From contig OX597816.1 of assembly GCA_951406725.2 (NCBI GenBank), forward strand, positions 111,228,001 through 111,292,000: a DNA stretch of 64,000 nt. The letters run 5' to 3'. Positions 50,959-64,000 of this stretch are shown here, piece after piece. The stretch is from Octopus vulgaris. Its lineage: Eukaryota. A model generated the notes under the pieces. That model ran no database searches. It was not told where the DNA came from and was given only the letters and a program-made list of their open reading frames with translations. Made by a program: the position numbers and the translations under genes. Positions within the stretch are counted from its first letter, which is position 1; the number at the start of each line of letters is the position of its first letter.

Positions 50959-51775
50959 GAACGCCAAGACAGATACAGAAGACCGGTGGCTATGAATAAG
51001 GAGGAGTGACATAAAGATAGAGACATAATCACTTATATGTGCAGCTCAAGAAACAGCGTTAAGGACTAACTATGTGACGTGCGGAATCGACAACACTGCC
51101 AATAGCAACAAATGCAGAATGTGTGGTGAGAGGGGTGAAACGGTATGGCACGTCATTAGCGAATACCCGAAATTGACACAACGCGAATACAAAAGACGAC
51201 ATGACAATGTGGCAACAATGATCCATTGCCAGCTCTGTGGAAATCACAGCCTACAAAGAGCAAAGACGTGGTATGAGGAAAAAACCCAGAAGAAGTCACC
51301 GAGAACGAAAATTGAAAACTCCTATGGGATGCAATGATTCAGTTCCATCACATGAGCAGACATCGAAAACCAGAGATTGTAGTGGTGATAAAACAAGGCG
51401 AAAGAACATGCATGATAATCGGAACAGCATGTCCCGGCGGCAATAAGATCAAAGAGAAGGAAGAAAAACTGAACAACTATGACGATTTGGAGTGGGAAAT
51501 ACGAAATTTGTAGTCAATGAGGATAGTAGACATGGTACCAATAGTAATTGGTGCACTTGGAAGTATCAGCAATCAACTACCAGCATGGTTCAAATAAATT
51601 GATACAAAGGTAAAGTTAGAACACCTACAAAAATCAGTATTGCTTGGAACTGCAAGAATTCTTCGCAGGGTTATTGAAGTATGATCAGTAAAGAAGTGTC
51701 ACCTTAACCTGCTGGCTCTGGACAGCTGACACTTTCTGTCATACTCAGCAAAATAAGCTGTGAGCTTTCATCAAA
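50958..51775 (+). mobile_element. Degraded R4/Dong-type LINE 3' fragment after (AAT)n (50872-50957)
   Basis: KCRMCGERGETVWHVISE.PKLTQREYKRRHDNVA, then KPEIV and VPIVIGALG; ends in an AAT-like tail. Confidence 0.85.
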
Positions 51776-51796
51776 TAATAGCAATGATAATAATAA

Positions 51797-52265
51797 ATGC
51801 TCTGATGCAGTACTAGGGAATGGCTCTCTTGGCTTCTACTCTTAAGTGATTGGAAATGTTGTCATGTACAATGTTTTGTCTTGGTATAAAAGATGTGCAA
51901 CAGCAAATATTCTGCTCAATACCACAGATTTGCTTGTCAGTTGTTTGGCCTTAACCAGTTGAGTATGTCCCTTTGTGGATGACGACATGTGCATCTCTGA
52001 TCATGAACAGAAGTAGTGGGGAAGCATTATAGCTATGCATTGAAAGGAATTCTTTGGGGTTATGATAAATCACCTATGGAAACATGGGTGTTTCGTTCAA
52101 CATCCTTAAACAACCCTTATTCAAGGACCTTTTGAGAGGATGGGATACTCGACTAGAAGAAATTCTAACTGGGCCTCAACTGCAAGGTCATGCCCTGTTT
52201 ATCGTGATATAAGATCACCATGTGGAAGGCACGCTTGATGCCGAAGTATCGTTCAATTTCGCATG
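51797..52265 (-). mobile_element. Interspersed repeat, probably a LINE 3' end; second copy at 63130-63555 (+)
   Basis: Reverse-complement similarity to 63130-63555 (cagcaaatattctgctcaatac, gtgcatctctga, cagaagtagtg, ttgaaaggaattctttgg). Both copies end at ATT-like tails. Confidence 0.7.
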
Positions 52266-52333
52266 ACAACTATGGCACTCTTCTGTTTCTTTCTCTATAA
52301 TTTCTGGAGGAGTTACCTCAGTCCTATATAATC

Positions 52334-52387
<54 letters not shown>

Positions 52388-52398
52388 TAATAATAATA

Positions 52399-52449
<51 letters not shown>

Positions 52450-52476
52450 GGGATGATGATGATGATGATGATGATG

Positions 52477-52900
52477 AAAAGTACGGTCTGGGAGGAGCAC
52501 GGAAATGGTACGAACATGAAACAGTGGGCCTCACTGAGAACAATTAATATAAAATCCTGTGAGATTTTGTAATTGATGCTCGGAGATCAGATATTGGTCA
52601 GATTGATAAAAGAAAAAAAAGGAAACCAAGATCATAGATATTGCCATAACTGGGATGCATACGTAGGTGGCAAAGAGCTAAAAGAGGTGGGAAAATACAA
52701 ATTGCTAAAAACGAAATTACAAGAATGTAGACCATGAGGAGAGTAATAGTTTTCCCAGTAATTGCAGGGGCACCCAGAACACTTACAAACAAGTTCAAGA
52801 AATTTGTCGGAAAATTAAAATAAGGGCAGTGAAGGCTCCCCAAAACTGTTCTATTGGGTACAGCTAAGATTGGGTTCTTCGGCTCGTGTGGCATGGTTCA
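52477..52900 (+). mobile_element. Highly degraded R4/Dong-type RLE fragment after (AAT)n(GAT)n (52334-52476)
   Basis: KWYEHE..GLTENN.YKIL.DF...DARRSDI, then KYKLLK.EI.R and V.PVI.GA. Confidence 0.68.
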
Positions 52901-54052
52901 GAATCCTGTTGCTAGACATAGGGTCTTCCAACAGCCACCCTCTTGACCCAGGACAGCACTACCTCCTCCAAGCACTAGAAGCATGCCTCCGTGTAGTCTG
53001 AGGCCGATGAGAAGATTAACAGAGACATAACGTTGCCATCACTAGCGGTCACTCCAAACACCGTGATGTTGACTAGATGTTTGATTTTTATCACTCTCGG
53101 CACATATCCTCAGATTGCACCGTCCTTTGACACCCGAACACGCTGAAATGTTCGTATTGGAGCCTCCGACGCAAATATCAAGCAGTATAGCATGTCATTT
53201 CCAAATTTTTGACAGAGTGAATTGCGTCATGGTGTTATTTTTCTCTACTATACTCTGTAGTCGACAAAATCAAAATCACACTAAGCGCATGCGCGAAATT
53301 AAAAATATAAAATAGCGACAACTTACCAATCGCAACCTGTATATGTGTGTGTCTATATATATATGTATATATACGCACACACAGATTGAAACACAGACAG
53401 ACAGACAGACAGAGACAGAGAAGGTAACTATAGATGATGCATACTTTCTCTAACATATCTCAAGTACACCTTTTCGAAAATGTATTTTATTATACAGAAT
53501 AAACAAGGTAAAACTAGTATCAGTTTTACTTATTTTATTCAGAATGACAACCATAAATATTTTACCACTGAATCATGTTTTTCTTATCATTGTTGTAAAC
53601 TACACAATTTTTATTTATTTACTTCGGTCATTAAATTTTGAGATGAGGTGTGGTGGAAGTTTGTTCGTGAAAATCGGCGGAGTGTCTGACAAATGCTTTG
53701 TGCTACATACTTATAGCATTTTTATTCACACTCCAAATATCATCGAGGCCAAGCGGCTTCAAATAATTGAAAAGGAAAGGGAAATAAACTATATTGAACT
53801 TTATGTATATAGATGACGTATCGATGAACAGATCACACAGAATCGCATACAATTATTTATGTATATTTCAGAATTTGTGATAGTCAAACTATTACTAACC
53901 AATGCCACGAATCTAGCACTGTAAGGTGCTCATTCTTTCATGAATTTTGCAAGCAAGCAACGATTCCTGACAGCTGTAAGAATATGAAGACATTTGTTGA
54001 CAAATAAATATTAATTATGGTAAATTGTGCAAGGACTCGAATGCATAGCATT

Positions 54053-54087
<35 letters not shown>

Positions 54088-54105
54088 GTGTGTGTATGAG
54101 TGTGT

Positions 54106-54143
<38 letters not shown>

Positions 54144-56693
54144 ATATCAGGCATCTGTAGTTAAATTACAAGGAAATGAAATATTATTTGACACAAATGC
54201 AAAGAATGGAATATATACCAAAGGAAAAACAGCAAATATCTATTGAGAGATACATTTAGTTATGAAGATTTATTAAAATCATATTAAGTGATTAATACAT
54301 GCGACATACTTCGTCACCAGAAGCCCCACAAAAACAAAGGAAAGCAATCGTATACACATAGAAATACATATATATAAAGAAATCTTACAAACAACGTATA
54401 ATAATATTTATATATATACATCCTCATACATCTCTGAAACGAAATAAAAGCGCCTATTAAAGAATTCTCCGAAATTTTGATTACCTCCGTCTTCATATAT
54501 ATAATTTGTACACCACTTCAACATGCATACATACATACATACGTACGTACGTGTGTGTGTGCGCGCGCGCGTGTGTGTGTGATTGCGTGTGCGTGATTGC
54601 GTGTGTATGATTGCGTGTGCGTGTGTGTGTGATTGCGTGTGTGTGTGTGTGCGCGCGCGCGTGTGTGCATCAAGAGCATACAAGCTTATAGTATAGTTCA
54701 CTGTCGTAGCTGCCGATGACAAATCTGCCACGTTGAAGCAAGTTCTACGATATCTAACGACATGTCATCAAATGTTTTCGGACGGACGAGGAAAATCGGG
54801 TGGTCGATACGTTCGAGCATTTAGGAAGAAAATAATAGAAAAACACAGATTAGTAAATATATTAACGCAAACAATGTATTGAATAGCAAACTACAAGAAG
54901 TTGGCTTCCAAACACGTGGATAGTTTAGCAATATAAGTAACGTTTCTGTCAGGTTGCAATTATGACGTATTAATTGGATTAAACAGCTCTGAATAACGTT
55001 TTAACTTTGAATATCGTTTTAACACCTGGTTAACTTAGGGCATAACTAAAATTGGTTTGATTTGAACATACACATACACATAAGCACAGAAATATACATA
55101 TACAACGGCGGTGCATCAGCATGGCCGCAGCTCTGAGCTGAAACTAAAAAAAAAAACAGAACCACTGCCGTACAGGCACACATGCACAGACACGGCACAA
55201 ATTCATTTATACGCACACATCAACACACTAACTGGAATAGAGGTACACAAACACTTAGCAATGCTTCAATTTTAAATAAAATACTATAACAAACATAAAT
55301 GTATATATGCCAATATGAAAGAATGACACAGAGATCGAGTGGGGGTACAGAGTGGCATACAGACACATAGAAAAGAAGTGGGCGGAAAAGAGTGAGAGTG
55401 ATTTCGTATGCGTGTGTATATGTTTGTGTGTATGCTTAAGTACATATGAGTGTGTGTGAAGGAATTTCTGGTGATGTTCTGGTATTATTCCGAGGTAAAA
55501 TAACAGAGGTAGGTAGATTCCAATGAGCTTCTCTGTTATATCTATTCCTTTGTCCTACCACTGTTTTAATGAATTTCATAAAAATACAATAAAATAATAT
55601 ACATGCATGCATACGCATCACATATACATACATATTTGCATCCAAACATCTGCACACATGCATGCATATATAGATCCATATATTAATAGAAATCGTATTT
55701 GATTATCATTATTACTATTTTTCATTTTTCTTATTTTTCTTATTATCATTAGGTATTTATAGTTCTACAACAATATTACTGTACTCACATGGCCATTATC
55801 AGTTGATGCTCTATAGATCATACAAATGCTTTTATAGAGAGTAATGAAAGCGATACTTAATTTAGTTCAGTGATTCTCCTGTTTAAGCAATATTTATGTC
55901 TCTCCGTGTGTGTATGCGCGCATGTGTGTGTGTGTGTGTGTGTGTGTTTGTGTGTGTGTGCTTATTAATCGAAATATCAACGCAGCATATCAGAGACTAA
56001 ATTCAGTTACAGATTTTCAGCCATGTTTAATAAAGATAAGTTTAGTCTTCCTACGAATATAGATTGTGCTGCAAGACCAGAGAGTTTTCAGCAATCATGG
56101 TGAAACATGGGATTGCCTACTTTAGAATGTAGTTAAAACCATCAAATATGCACTGCTCGGTAAACATAACTTAAGTTTCTCGTTTTCTTTTTTTTTCTGC
56201 TTGGTCCTAGGTATTTCTATTACATTTACTCTGCGATAAGAAGAAATTAATCGAATCCTGACTAAATTTTATGAAAGCTGAATTTGGACGTTTTTGTTTA
56301 TCCAAAAGCTTAAGCGATGTTAAATATCTCATGGTTTGGCCAGTTTCGCTAAGATAGTTTTTCCCTCACAGATTCCCTTCGATTTAAATGACCAAGTGCT
56401 GTCAATTTCGATATTCTATTATAAGCCGAAGTTTATAGAATTTCAATAAGGACAAAGTTTCGATTTTAATAAGAAAATTTAAAGTGTGTGGTAATTAGCA
56501 GAACAGTTTCGTTCAAGTTACATTTCGATCATAAAACACATATATAGACTACAAAAGGTTTATGTATAAACTCAGCTTTATCAAAAAGCTGACCTCTCCT
56601 CAACATTAAAGAGAAGACATGCAACTGATTCTTTCCTTATAGAATCATTACAAGTGATGAAATAGGTTTCCTGTAATTATATCAAACGATAAT

Positions 56694-56990
56694 GACCATG
56701 GAATTGCACCTAGAAAGTTCCCCTTCGAGGCACAAATTCCGAGCAAGGTTTTTTGAGCAAGTCCAGTGGTTGCTCATACATACTAGCCTCTCCTCCCCAC
56801 ACCACTGATGTTGCCCAAGTGAAAGGCAAAGGCCTATACAGCTTGGAACCAATAACGTCGCAGCTCATTTGAGTGAACAGGAGCAACGTGATTTAAAGTG
56901 TTTTACTCAAGAAAATCGCACAACCTGGTCCAGAAATCCAACTCGCAATCTCACGATTACAAGCCCCATGCTCTATCCACTGAAGCAATG
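56694..56990 (-). mobile_element. tRNA-derived SINE (family D), degraded
   Basis: Minus head ttgcttCAGTGGatagagc...gagttggatttc, then cttgagtaaaacactttaaatcacgttgctcctgttcactca. Confidence 0.65.
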
Positions 56991-57014
56991 AAAAAGAAGA
57001 ACCCTTCCCCGGAC

Positions 57015-57150
57015 GACTCACAAAAAATTAGACTGTGCTTGGTGGGATACGAAGGTTGTCTATCATGAAGTGTTAAGCCCAAACGAAATTAATTTGAATT
57101 ATTGCCGTCAATAGGAATCATTGCACAAAAATGTGCAGAACAGAGCCTCT
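57015..57150 (+). pseudogene. Short decayed mariner-type transposase fragment
   Basis: Across frameshifts reads LH.KK..LC.WWDTK.VYHEVLSPNE.IN..YCRQ, resembling mariner KVMLCVWWD..G..YYELL.PGETI...YCQQL. Confidence 0.5.
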
Positions 57151-57751
57151 CACAGGTCATATTTTGTCCTACAATTAACCTATGCATGAACAACACAACC
57201 AATACTTTTGAAAACTAATATCAAATGTAAAAAGAAACAAGGCATTCAGATAGAAAAGAAACAATGAAAATATCCAGTACAATGTCTAATACATTCTTTG
57301 CGAAGAAGAGCTATTATTAATATTTTAATGTTTATGTTATAGCTTAACACATACATAGTAGTTGACATATATCTGCAAATTCTCAGTGTAAAACATAGAA
57401 CTTTACCAAACTCTTGTTTACTATCATCTACTCTAGCTTGACCACGAAAACTTAATATATTCTGAAGCACAAGTTCTTTTGCTTCACTGTGAGAGGATTA
57501 TTATTTTATTATATTGAAAATATAACATCAATAAACAGATTGAAGTATACTGAATATTGTATTTTTATATACTTGCTTCAGTGAAAGTCACTCTATTCTA
57601 TGATCTTCTTTAACGCGTGTTGCAATTATTGGCCTGCAACGTTACTGAAGTATTGCCTTCGAGGATCTTAGTTGATTTTATCAATCACACTAATTGAGGT
57701 GGTATGCATTTCCACTGTCTTCTTAAGGGGAAAAATATCAAAGTGGACCAT

Positions 57752-57793
<42 letters not shown>

Positions 57794-58719
57794 GTTTGTG
57801 TCTGTGTGTGTATGCATGTATGTATGTATTTGTATGTGTATATATATACGTTCACAGGCGCACAAAATTATGTGTATGCATATGTGAGTAAACACACTCA
57901 TGCTTTTGACAATATTCAGAGCGTACATAAAATGCAAAATTAAGAATAGTCTCAAAGTCTTACTGTTTTCCAAATATTTTTCTGTGCTTGATTGGTCAAA
58001 TAAGTTAGACAATCTATAATATTTACATATTCTTGGAAGAGTATTGAATATGAAATATATTTGTTTTTAACATTACTAACTGCATCATGTACAAATAGTC
58101 TTTTTAACTTTTATTTTCTTTACGTATAAACATGCTGAAAATCTTTTTTAAACTTTCAATTCTAGGATATCAAAATTTATATCCTCTGGAATTGTATTGT
58201 ATTCTACTTCATTGTTAAACAAAGTGAAAATATTGAATGTTTATTTTTGAGTGTTTTCATTTTAAATAGTTCAAGAAATTTTCTACCATTCTTCATAACT
58301 AAAATTGCATTAAAAAAATAGATGCTAAAACAAATATATAAACATATACATAACTACAAATATTTCTGCTATTGTTAATGGTACAAATGATTTTCTAATC
58401 TAGTTGATGCTTGAATTTGTTTTTGCGATAAAATATTCATAAAAGTTAGGTTTATCGCTAAGATATCTCACCATGCATTTCCGCAAAAGCTACAATTGCT
58501 ATAAGCCGATATCATCCATCAGTTGACACATGTACGCAGTGAAAGGAATTAACACCAGTATATTCAAGTTTCTTGAATCAATAGGCACTAAAAGAATACA
58601 GTGCAATATTGATCGATTCAGATCGATTCTAATTCAGACAGTAGTATGAAAAAATCTAATTTGATATCATTTGCATAAAATCCATTACAACAATATTTAT
58701 ATCTAATATCGACAGAATG

Positions 58720-59605
58720 CCTCAAATTTGGAAGAAGGATTTCATTGACATCATCGATTTCCATGACTTGGCTACTACTTTATTTTATTGATACCCAGAT
58801 ATAAAGAAGGAAAACAAGGTTGACCTCATCAGTATATGAATTCAAAACGTAGAGATGGAACAAATACTACAAAGTATTTTATCTGTTATTAAGTTAACTG
58901 ATTCTGTTAATGAATTACCTTAACCATCACAAGAATAATAATTATTGTTTCAACTTTAGGCATACAGCTAACAGCTTTAACGGAAGGAATTAGTCGATAT
59001 CTTCAAGCCCAGTACATGTCTGGTAATTTATGTTTTCGACTCCGGAAGAAAGAAAGACAAAGTTGACCTGGCAGTATAAAAACTGTAGAGAAGAATGACT
59101 CAAAGTATTGTATCTAATGCTCTAATTATTCTACCAAATCACCATTTTACCAATATTTATAGTAATGGTTACAAATTTAGCACAAGACCAGTAATTTTAG
59201 AGGAGAGGCTCAGTTCATTTTAATGACCCAATGCTCAAATGGGGTCATTATATTTATAATTTATATTATCGATTCCGTATGGATTAAATGGAAATCCGAC
59301 CTCATGAAATTTGAATTCAGAAGGTAATGTCGGAAGAAAGATATTTGGCCGGTGCAGTAAATATCCCGCCAGTTTGCTGCCCTAAACTTAATCAAAAGGA
59401 TAACTCTTTCAAATTTTGGCATAAGGCCACTAATTCTAGGAAAGCGTTTAATCGATTAGATCGCTGTGAGTACTCGACTGGTACTTATTTTATCGACCAC
59501 TAAATGATGGGAAGCATAATTAGTTTCGGCGAAATTTAAACTCGGAACATAGAAACAGATACAAAGTCACTAAACATCTTAGCAAGCGTGCCAACTCCCC
59601 GCCGT
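58720..59605 (-). mobile_element. Head-to-tail array of ~4 highly degraded family-A-related SINE units (~225-bp period)
   Basis: Recurring ttcaaattttggca.aag, tggtacttattttatcgac, aaag..aaagttgacct and aatttgaa.tcagaa at ~58720, ~58950, ~59170 and ~59405. Confidence 0.68.
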
Positions 59606-59864
59606 TGTTTACAATAATGATAATGGCAGTAGCGAGAAATATTTTTATGTTATCGCGTCCGAATTTAACTGTTTAATTTTATTGTACTTACATCATTCCT
59701 TCCAATGCAAAGCACATGGTTAAGTGTAACGAAACTTCGTATATTTAATTGAACTGAATTATTTTTTCTAAATATCACCATTATAGGTATTTATACTCCG
59801 GTGAAATTAAAAAATCAGCTCATAAATAAACGAAGTCCTCGAATCCATCACTGTACACACACAC

Positions 59865-59895
<31 letters not shown>

Positions 59896-59914
59896 TGCAG
59901 ACACACAGAATGGC

Positions 59915-59945
<31 letters not shown>

Positions 59946-61896
59946 TGTATGTATGTGTGTATGTATGTATACATGTATGTATGTATGTATGCATGTATGT
60001 ATATATGTATGTATGTATGTAGGTATCCATACGTCTCTACACGCATAGATACACCATGATCTATACACACACAGACGAGAGTCGATTCATATGAAAAAAA
60101 GTGAACAAAATAATATGATCACTTGCTTATGGGGAAATTTTTAAGTTCGATTTAAATATTTTTTAAAAATATAATCAAATAAAATGTTCGTCATTTCGAG
60201 CCACTCACCCAATGAGTATTTCTGTATATTGTGGTAGATATCCGTTAAGCCGTTATCCAATAATTTTGATGACAAACAGACAAAAACTAGTAATTACGAT
60301 ACCCTGCTTACGCTTATTCATGCAAGGTAATTAAAGTCCTCGTATAATTTATCTGTAGACTTTCCCCACTCCATACAAAGATTTTTTTGGAAACAACATC
60401 CAGTCTCTCAATTAATTTATTTTAATACAAGAACACACCACACCAATATATTTTATTAGATTGATAGCGAAACCATTTTCGAGTCAAGATTGACAACATT
60501 AAATTTCCAATACCCATTTATGTAGTTTCATTAATCAGCATTTTTGTGGAAATATTCTGTTATCTAAACAATGGAAAACTAGCTATAAAGTATTATGTCT
60601 AAGTATCACACGTATTTCCTCCTACTCATATTGGACATTTTTTTCTGTGAAGTGTTTTTGTTAAGCTCGAAAAGTATTAACAATAATTCATCACAGACAT
60701 TTAGGCATTTCACTTTTAAGGTTATGATTTTTTAAAATAAAAGTTATATCAAAATCTACCATGAAGACAATAAAGATATCCTGTTTAAATGACAGCTTTG
60801 ATGGCTCACACTAATTAAAGTCAACAACTTTTTGTGAAATAGATAACATAATTTTGAGTATGATACTGTAATTAAAGAATCTAAAGGTTAAGTGAGAATA
60901 AACTGAATTTTATTAATTTTGCTATCTTTTTTCTAAATATAAACATTATATGATTATGTCTATCAATATTGGTTTTTATTATGTAATTATTTTCTCGCAA
61001 AATTAATAAAGAATTTGTTAAATAGCCTTTTAGACATAATGTCTCCGAATACAAAATAACAAAGACTCTGGAGTAGACCCTGAAGAAAATTGCTGAACTG
61101 ACAGCAGTACTCGAGAGCTGGACAAGCTCCCTGGCGATATTGATTTACTACCCATGATGATCTTAACGTCATTCTTTCTTTCAGATTTCTGTATAGCTAA
61201 ATATTATTCAAGCACTCCAAACGATGTATGTTCTTCAAATATCTGTCACATTTTGTCTATGTTAAAAACTAATATTTTATTATAAATTTTTCCTGCAAGT
61301 ACATTACAAAACTGAGATTATGATTTCAAAACAGCCAAACATAATATCATTTCAAAGTATAGATATCTTTGTATTTATTCATGTTTGTATTATCTACTTT
61401 TTCTACTTCCATCTTTCTTATAAAACCAGTTATATACACTAACAGTAATTCCTCTAGAATATGAAATCGTCAGAAATGTCGTTAGTAACTAACAAGCCTA
61501 GAAAGAAATTCATATGAAAATATAAAGCTTCTAATAAGACAAAATTTCAGCCCAGTCGTATTTCGAACTTACCCCATGTACACGCACATATAGATATAGA
61601 TATGTGTGTATGCCTGCCTGTGTGTCTACCGACTGTGTGCGTGTATGTGTGTGTGTATAGAGAGAGGGGGATATACACATAACAACACAAATAAAAATAT
61701 AATTACATATCGTAATAAAGAAACCGTAATGTATGCTTCCAAGCATATTAATAGAAATAAAAATTATAACCCTTAAGATGCGCGCCTTCAAAATAACAAC
61801 ACGTGCTAAGTTGAGTGTAGTGGTAAAGGTAACGTTCATAATAATAATAATAATAATAAATAATAATAATAATAATAATAATAATAGTAATAATAA

Positions 61897-62226
61897 TCCT
61901 TTATTTATTGGCCACAATGGCCGAACACAAAAACATTTACGGACAATACAAAACAAGGGACACATGGGGTTTAAAAAAGAAAACGTATAAACAATAAAGA
62001 AAAGCAAAAACAGTTAAAAAATTATACAACAAAATTCCCCGATGGTGGGAGTTCCACCCAGGGCCAACAGGGTACCCCACACATTCTGGTCACTTCGATT
62101 TCCAAGGAAACGCCAGGTAGGCACCCCTCTTCCCTTCAGTTGCACCGGCCCATTCACACGAGCCATTTTCGCAACATTCACCCACATCTGAACAAACTTA
62201 CTGGTGGGCAATACTTCCCTCTCCAT
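61897..62226 (-). mobile_element. 3' end of an L1/Tx1-like LINE ending at (AAT)n
   Basis: Minus frame EREVLPTSKFVQMWV resembles the Tx1 ORF2 C-terminal F...W motif. A T-rich 3' UTR with AATAAA runs into the microsatellite at 61838-61896. Confidence 0.5.
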
Positions 62227-62395
62227 AGGACATTAAAACAAGCAATGGGTGAGTAATTACCAACCTCATTGCCCTTTAATCGATCTTTTATCAGCAATGT
62301 CGTCTTTCCCTCGGCAATGCACTCCGGGACTGCACCACTCCGATAACAATCGAAGATATACGGGACGCGATGAAGGCCTTCGCTAGAGAGAAGTG
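62227..62395 (-). mobile_element. Inverted R4/Dong RT fragment
   Basis: VPECIAEGKTTLLIKD..KGNEVGNYSPIACFNVLW is homologous to TPEWLASGITYLLPKN...NYRPITCLSTTY of the 1248 element. Confidence 0.78.
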
Positions 62396-62399
62396 TTTC

Positions 62400-63020
62400 T
62401 GAAAGCCTTTTGCAGAAAGAGTACAGGCGAAGACACGACAAGGTAGTTCAAAACTTTCATTGGCCACTATACCGGAAGTATGGATACGAGGTAACGGGTG
62501 CTTGGTACCAACATACAACACAAAAGGTAATGGACGAAAAGGGGAAGGCAAAAATTCTCTGGGACTTTGACTTCCAGACAGACAAGGTCTTAGAGCACCA
62601 ACGGCTGGATATAGCAACCTTTAGGAGGGACAACCAAGAGTGCCTAATAATCGAAGAGGCAGTGCCAGGAGGTCAACATATCATCATGAAAGAAAGAGAA
62701 ATGTTTGATAAATATGAAGACCAAAGAATTGGGATCGCTAAGATGTGGTAGCTAGGAGAGTCAAACAAAAAGGCTAACCCTATTGTCATTGGAACATTAG
62801 CTTCAGTACCACCCAATCTGAAAAATTATCTGAAAATTTATAAATAGCTTATAATCTAGGTGTACTGCAAATGTAGGCAATTCTTGGAACGGCACGTATA
62901 TTGCGTAAAGTGCTGTCTGTTTGAGGTCCTCGTCGTGACTTGAAAAACAGTGCAAACCCCCGGTAAACACAGTATCTTCAATCAACAACCTCACGATACT
63001 GTATACTATGCGACGTCTAT
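62400..63020 (+). mobile_element. R4/Dong-type LINE 3' fragment (RLE domain + 3' UTR) ending in (AAC)(AAT)n
   Basis: QKEYRRRHDKV...KILWDFDFQTDKVLEHQRLDI...KYED, then PIVIG.L. Confidence 0.85.
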
Positions 63021-63129
63021 AATAATACAAACAACAACAACAACAACAACAATAATAATAATAATAATAATAATAAGCAATGCATGTCATCAAAGTCACA
63101 CTCGGATAAAAATATACGAAGCACAATAT

Positions 63130-63555
63130 ACCCAGCATCACTAACTATCTGATAAAGGTGAATCAGGTATGTGCATTGCAATCATGTGCACGACATGGAG
63201 CCCAGTTAACATTTTCATCAGGTTATGTAGCCTATGTTTAAGGATGATAAATGAAACACCCGTGTTTCCAGATCTGAATTATTCAAACGCCCAAAGAATT
63301 CCTTTCAATACACGGATATAATGCTCCCGCACTACTTCTGCTTATGTTCAGAGATGCACATATTGTCAGCCACTAAGGGACATGTTTAATTGCTTAAGGT
63401 CAAGCAAATTACAAGCAAGTCTGTCGTATTGAGCAGAATATTTGCTGTGGCCCATCTTTGTATAACAAGACAAAGCATGTGCTTGATAACACTTCTAATC
63501 CGTTAAGATCAGAAGCCATGAGAGCCACTACCTGGTTTTGACTCGGGGCATTTAT
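63130..63555 (+). mobile_element. Second copy of the 51797-52265 repeat
   Basis: Mutual reverse-complement similarity; ends gggcattt-attaatattatt. Confidence 0.7.
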
Positions 63556-63619
63556 TAATATTATTTTCATATACACACAACAGATTAGATTGTTGGAAAG
63601 GAAAAAATCCTAAATTTGT

Positions 63620-64000
63620 TGAGTTGCGCAGCTATTCCTGCTTGACATTCACCAAATCTTTTAATCCAGTAGCCTTGAACTCCATTTGGTCCCAGTTGCT
63701 CATTTCTTTGCTGATTTCCTTCACTTCCTTAACTGAAATGACCAGTTGTACCTGTTTTGGACAGACTACTGTTTGTTTCAGTTCTAGCAACCTTTCAGCA
63801 TCCTTCTTGTGCTCCTTGTCATTGCTCCAGATGTCACTCCAAAGCCTTTGACTTTCAATGTTACCAACTTTTCATCTGTACATTCTCCGTTTAATTCTTT
63901 ATAGAATCTCTTCTGATCTACTCCGAATAACCTATTCTGGTGGTAACCCTTCATTGTTTGGTCGTATCTTAACATCTTTGCTTTCTTTTCAACGAGGCGC
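63620..64000 (-). mobile_element. Degraded R4/Dong-type LINE, region just upstream of RT; runs off the window
   Basis: LRYDQ.MKGYHQNRLF..DQKRFYKEL, FWSDIWS...H...A and ISVKEV......NW are typical of the pre-RT segment of R4-clade ORFs. Confidence 0.7.

Noticed and set aside
53020-53341. Possible Tc1/mariner end (...caacctgta-ta)
   Set aside because: Only one putative terminus and no readable transposase motif.

Overview
AT-rich, microsatellite-dense eukaryotic DNA that is intronic or intergenic. The repeat content suggests a cephalopod (octopus), but that is an inference. No intact host gene is evident; there is one weak candidate coding exon (18536-18686, minus strand). Most ORF-track entries are microsatellite artefacts. 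The window is dominated by retroelements: about 8 pieces of R4/Dong-type RLE LINEs, mostly beside (TAA)n tracts; a young Penelope-like GIY-YIG element with ~817-bp inverted pseudo-LTRs inserted in (TA)n; an older Penelope RT remnant; CR1, RTE and Tx1-like fragments; a short LTR with its polypurine tract; and several tRNA-derived SINE families, including two head-to-tail SINE arrays. The most interesting signal is a set of hammerhead-ribozyme motifs, and of non-coding fold-back or partially tandem elements, mostly next to (TA)n tracts. They include a canonical type I hammerhead inside a ~551-nt terminally redundant unit (retrozyme-like), a U3-A8 variant hammerhead in the Penelope pseudo-LTR, and a fold-back with a tRNA-like head. 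Together they suggest a set of non-autonomous elements mobilised by Penelope. Most boundaries were read by eye and are approximate.
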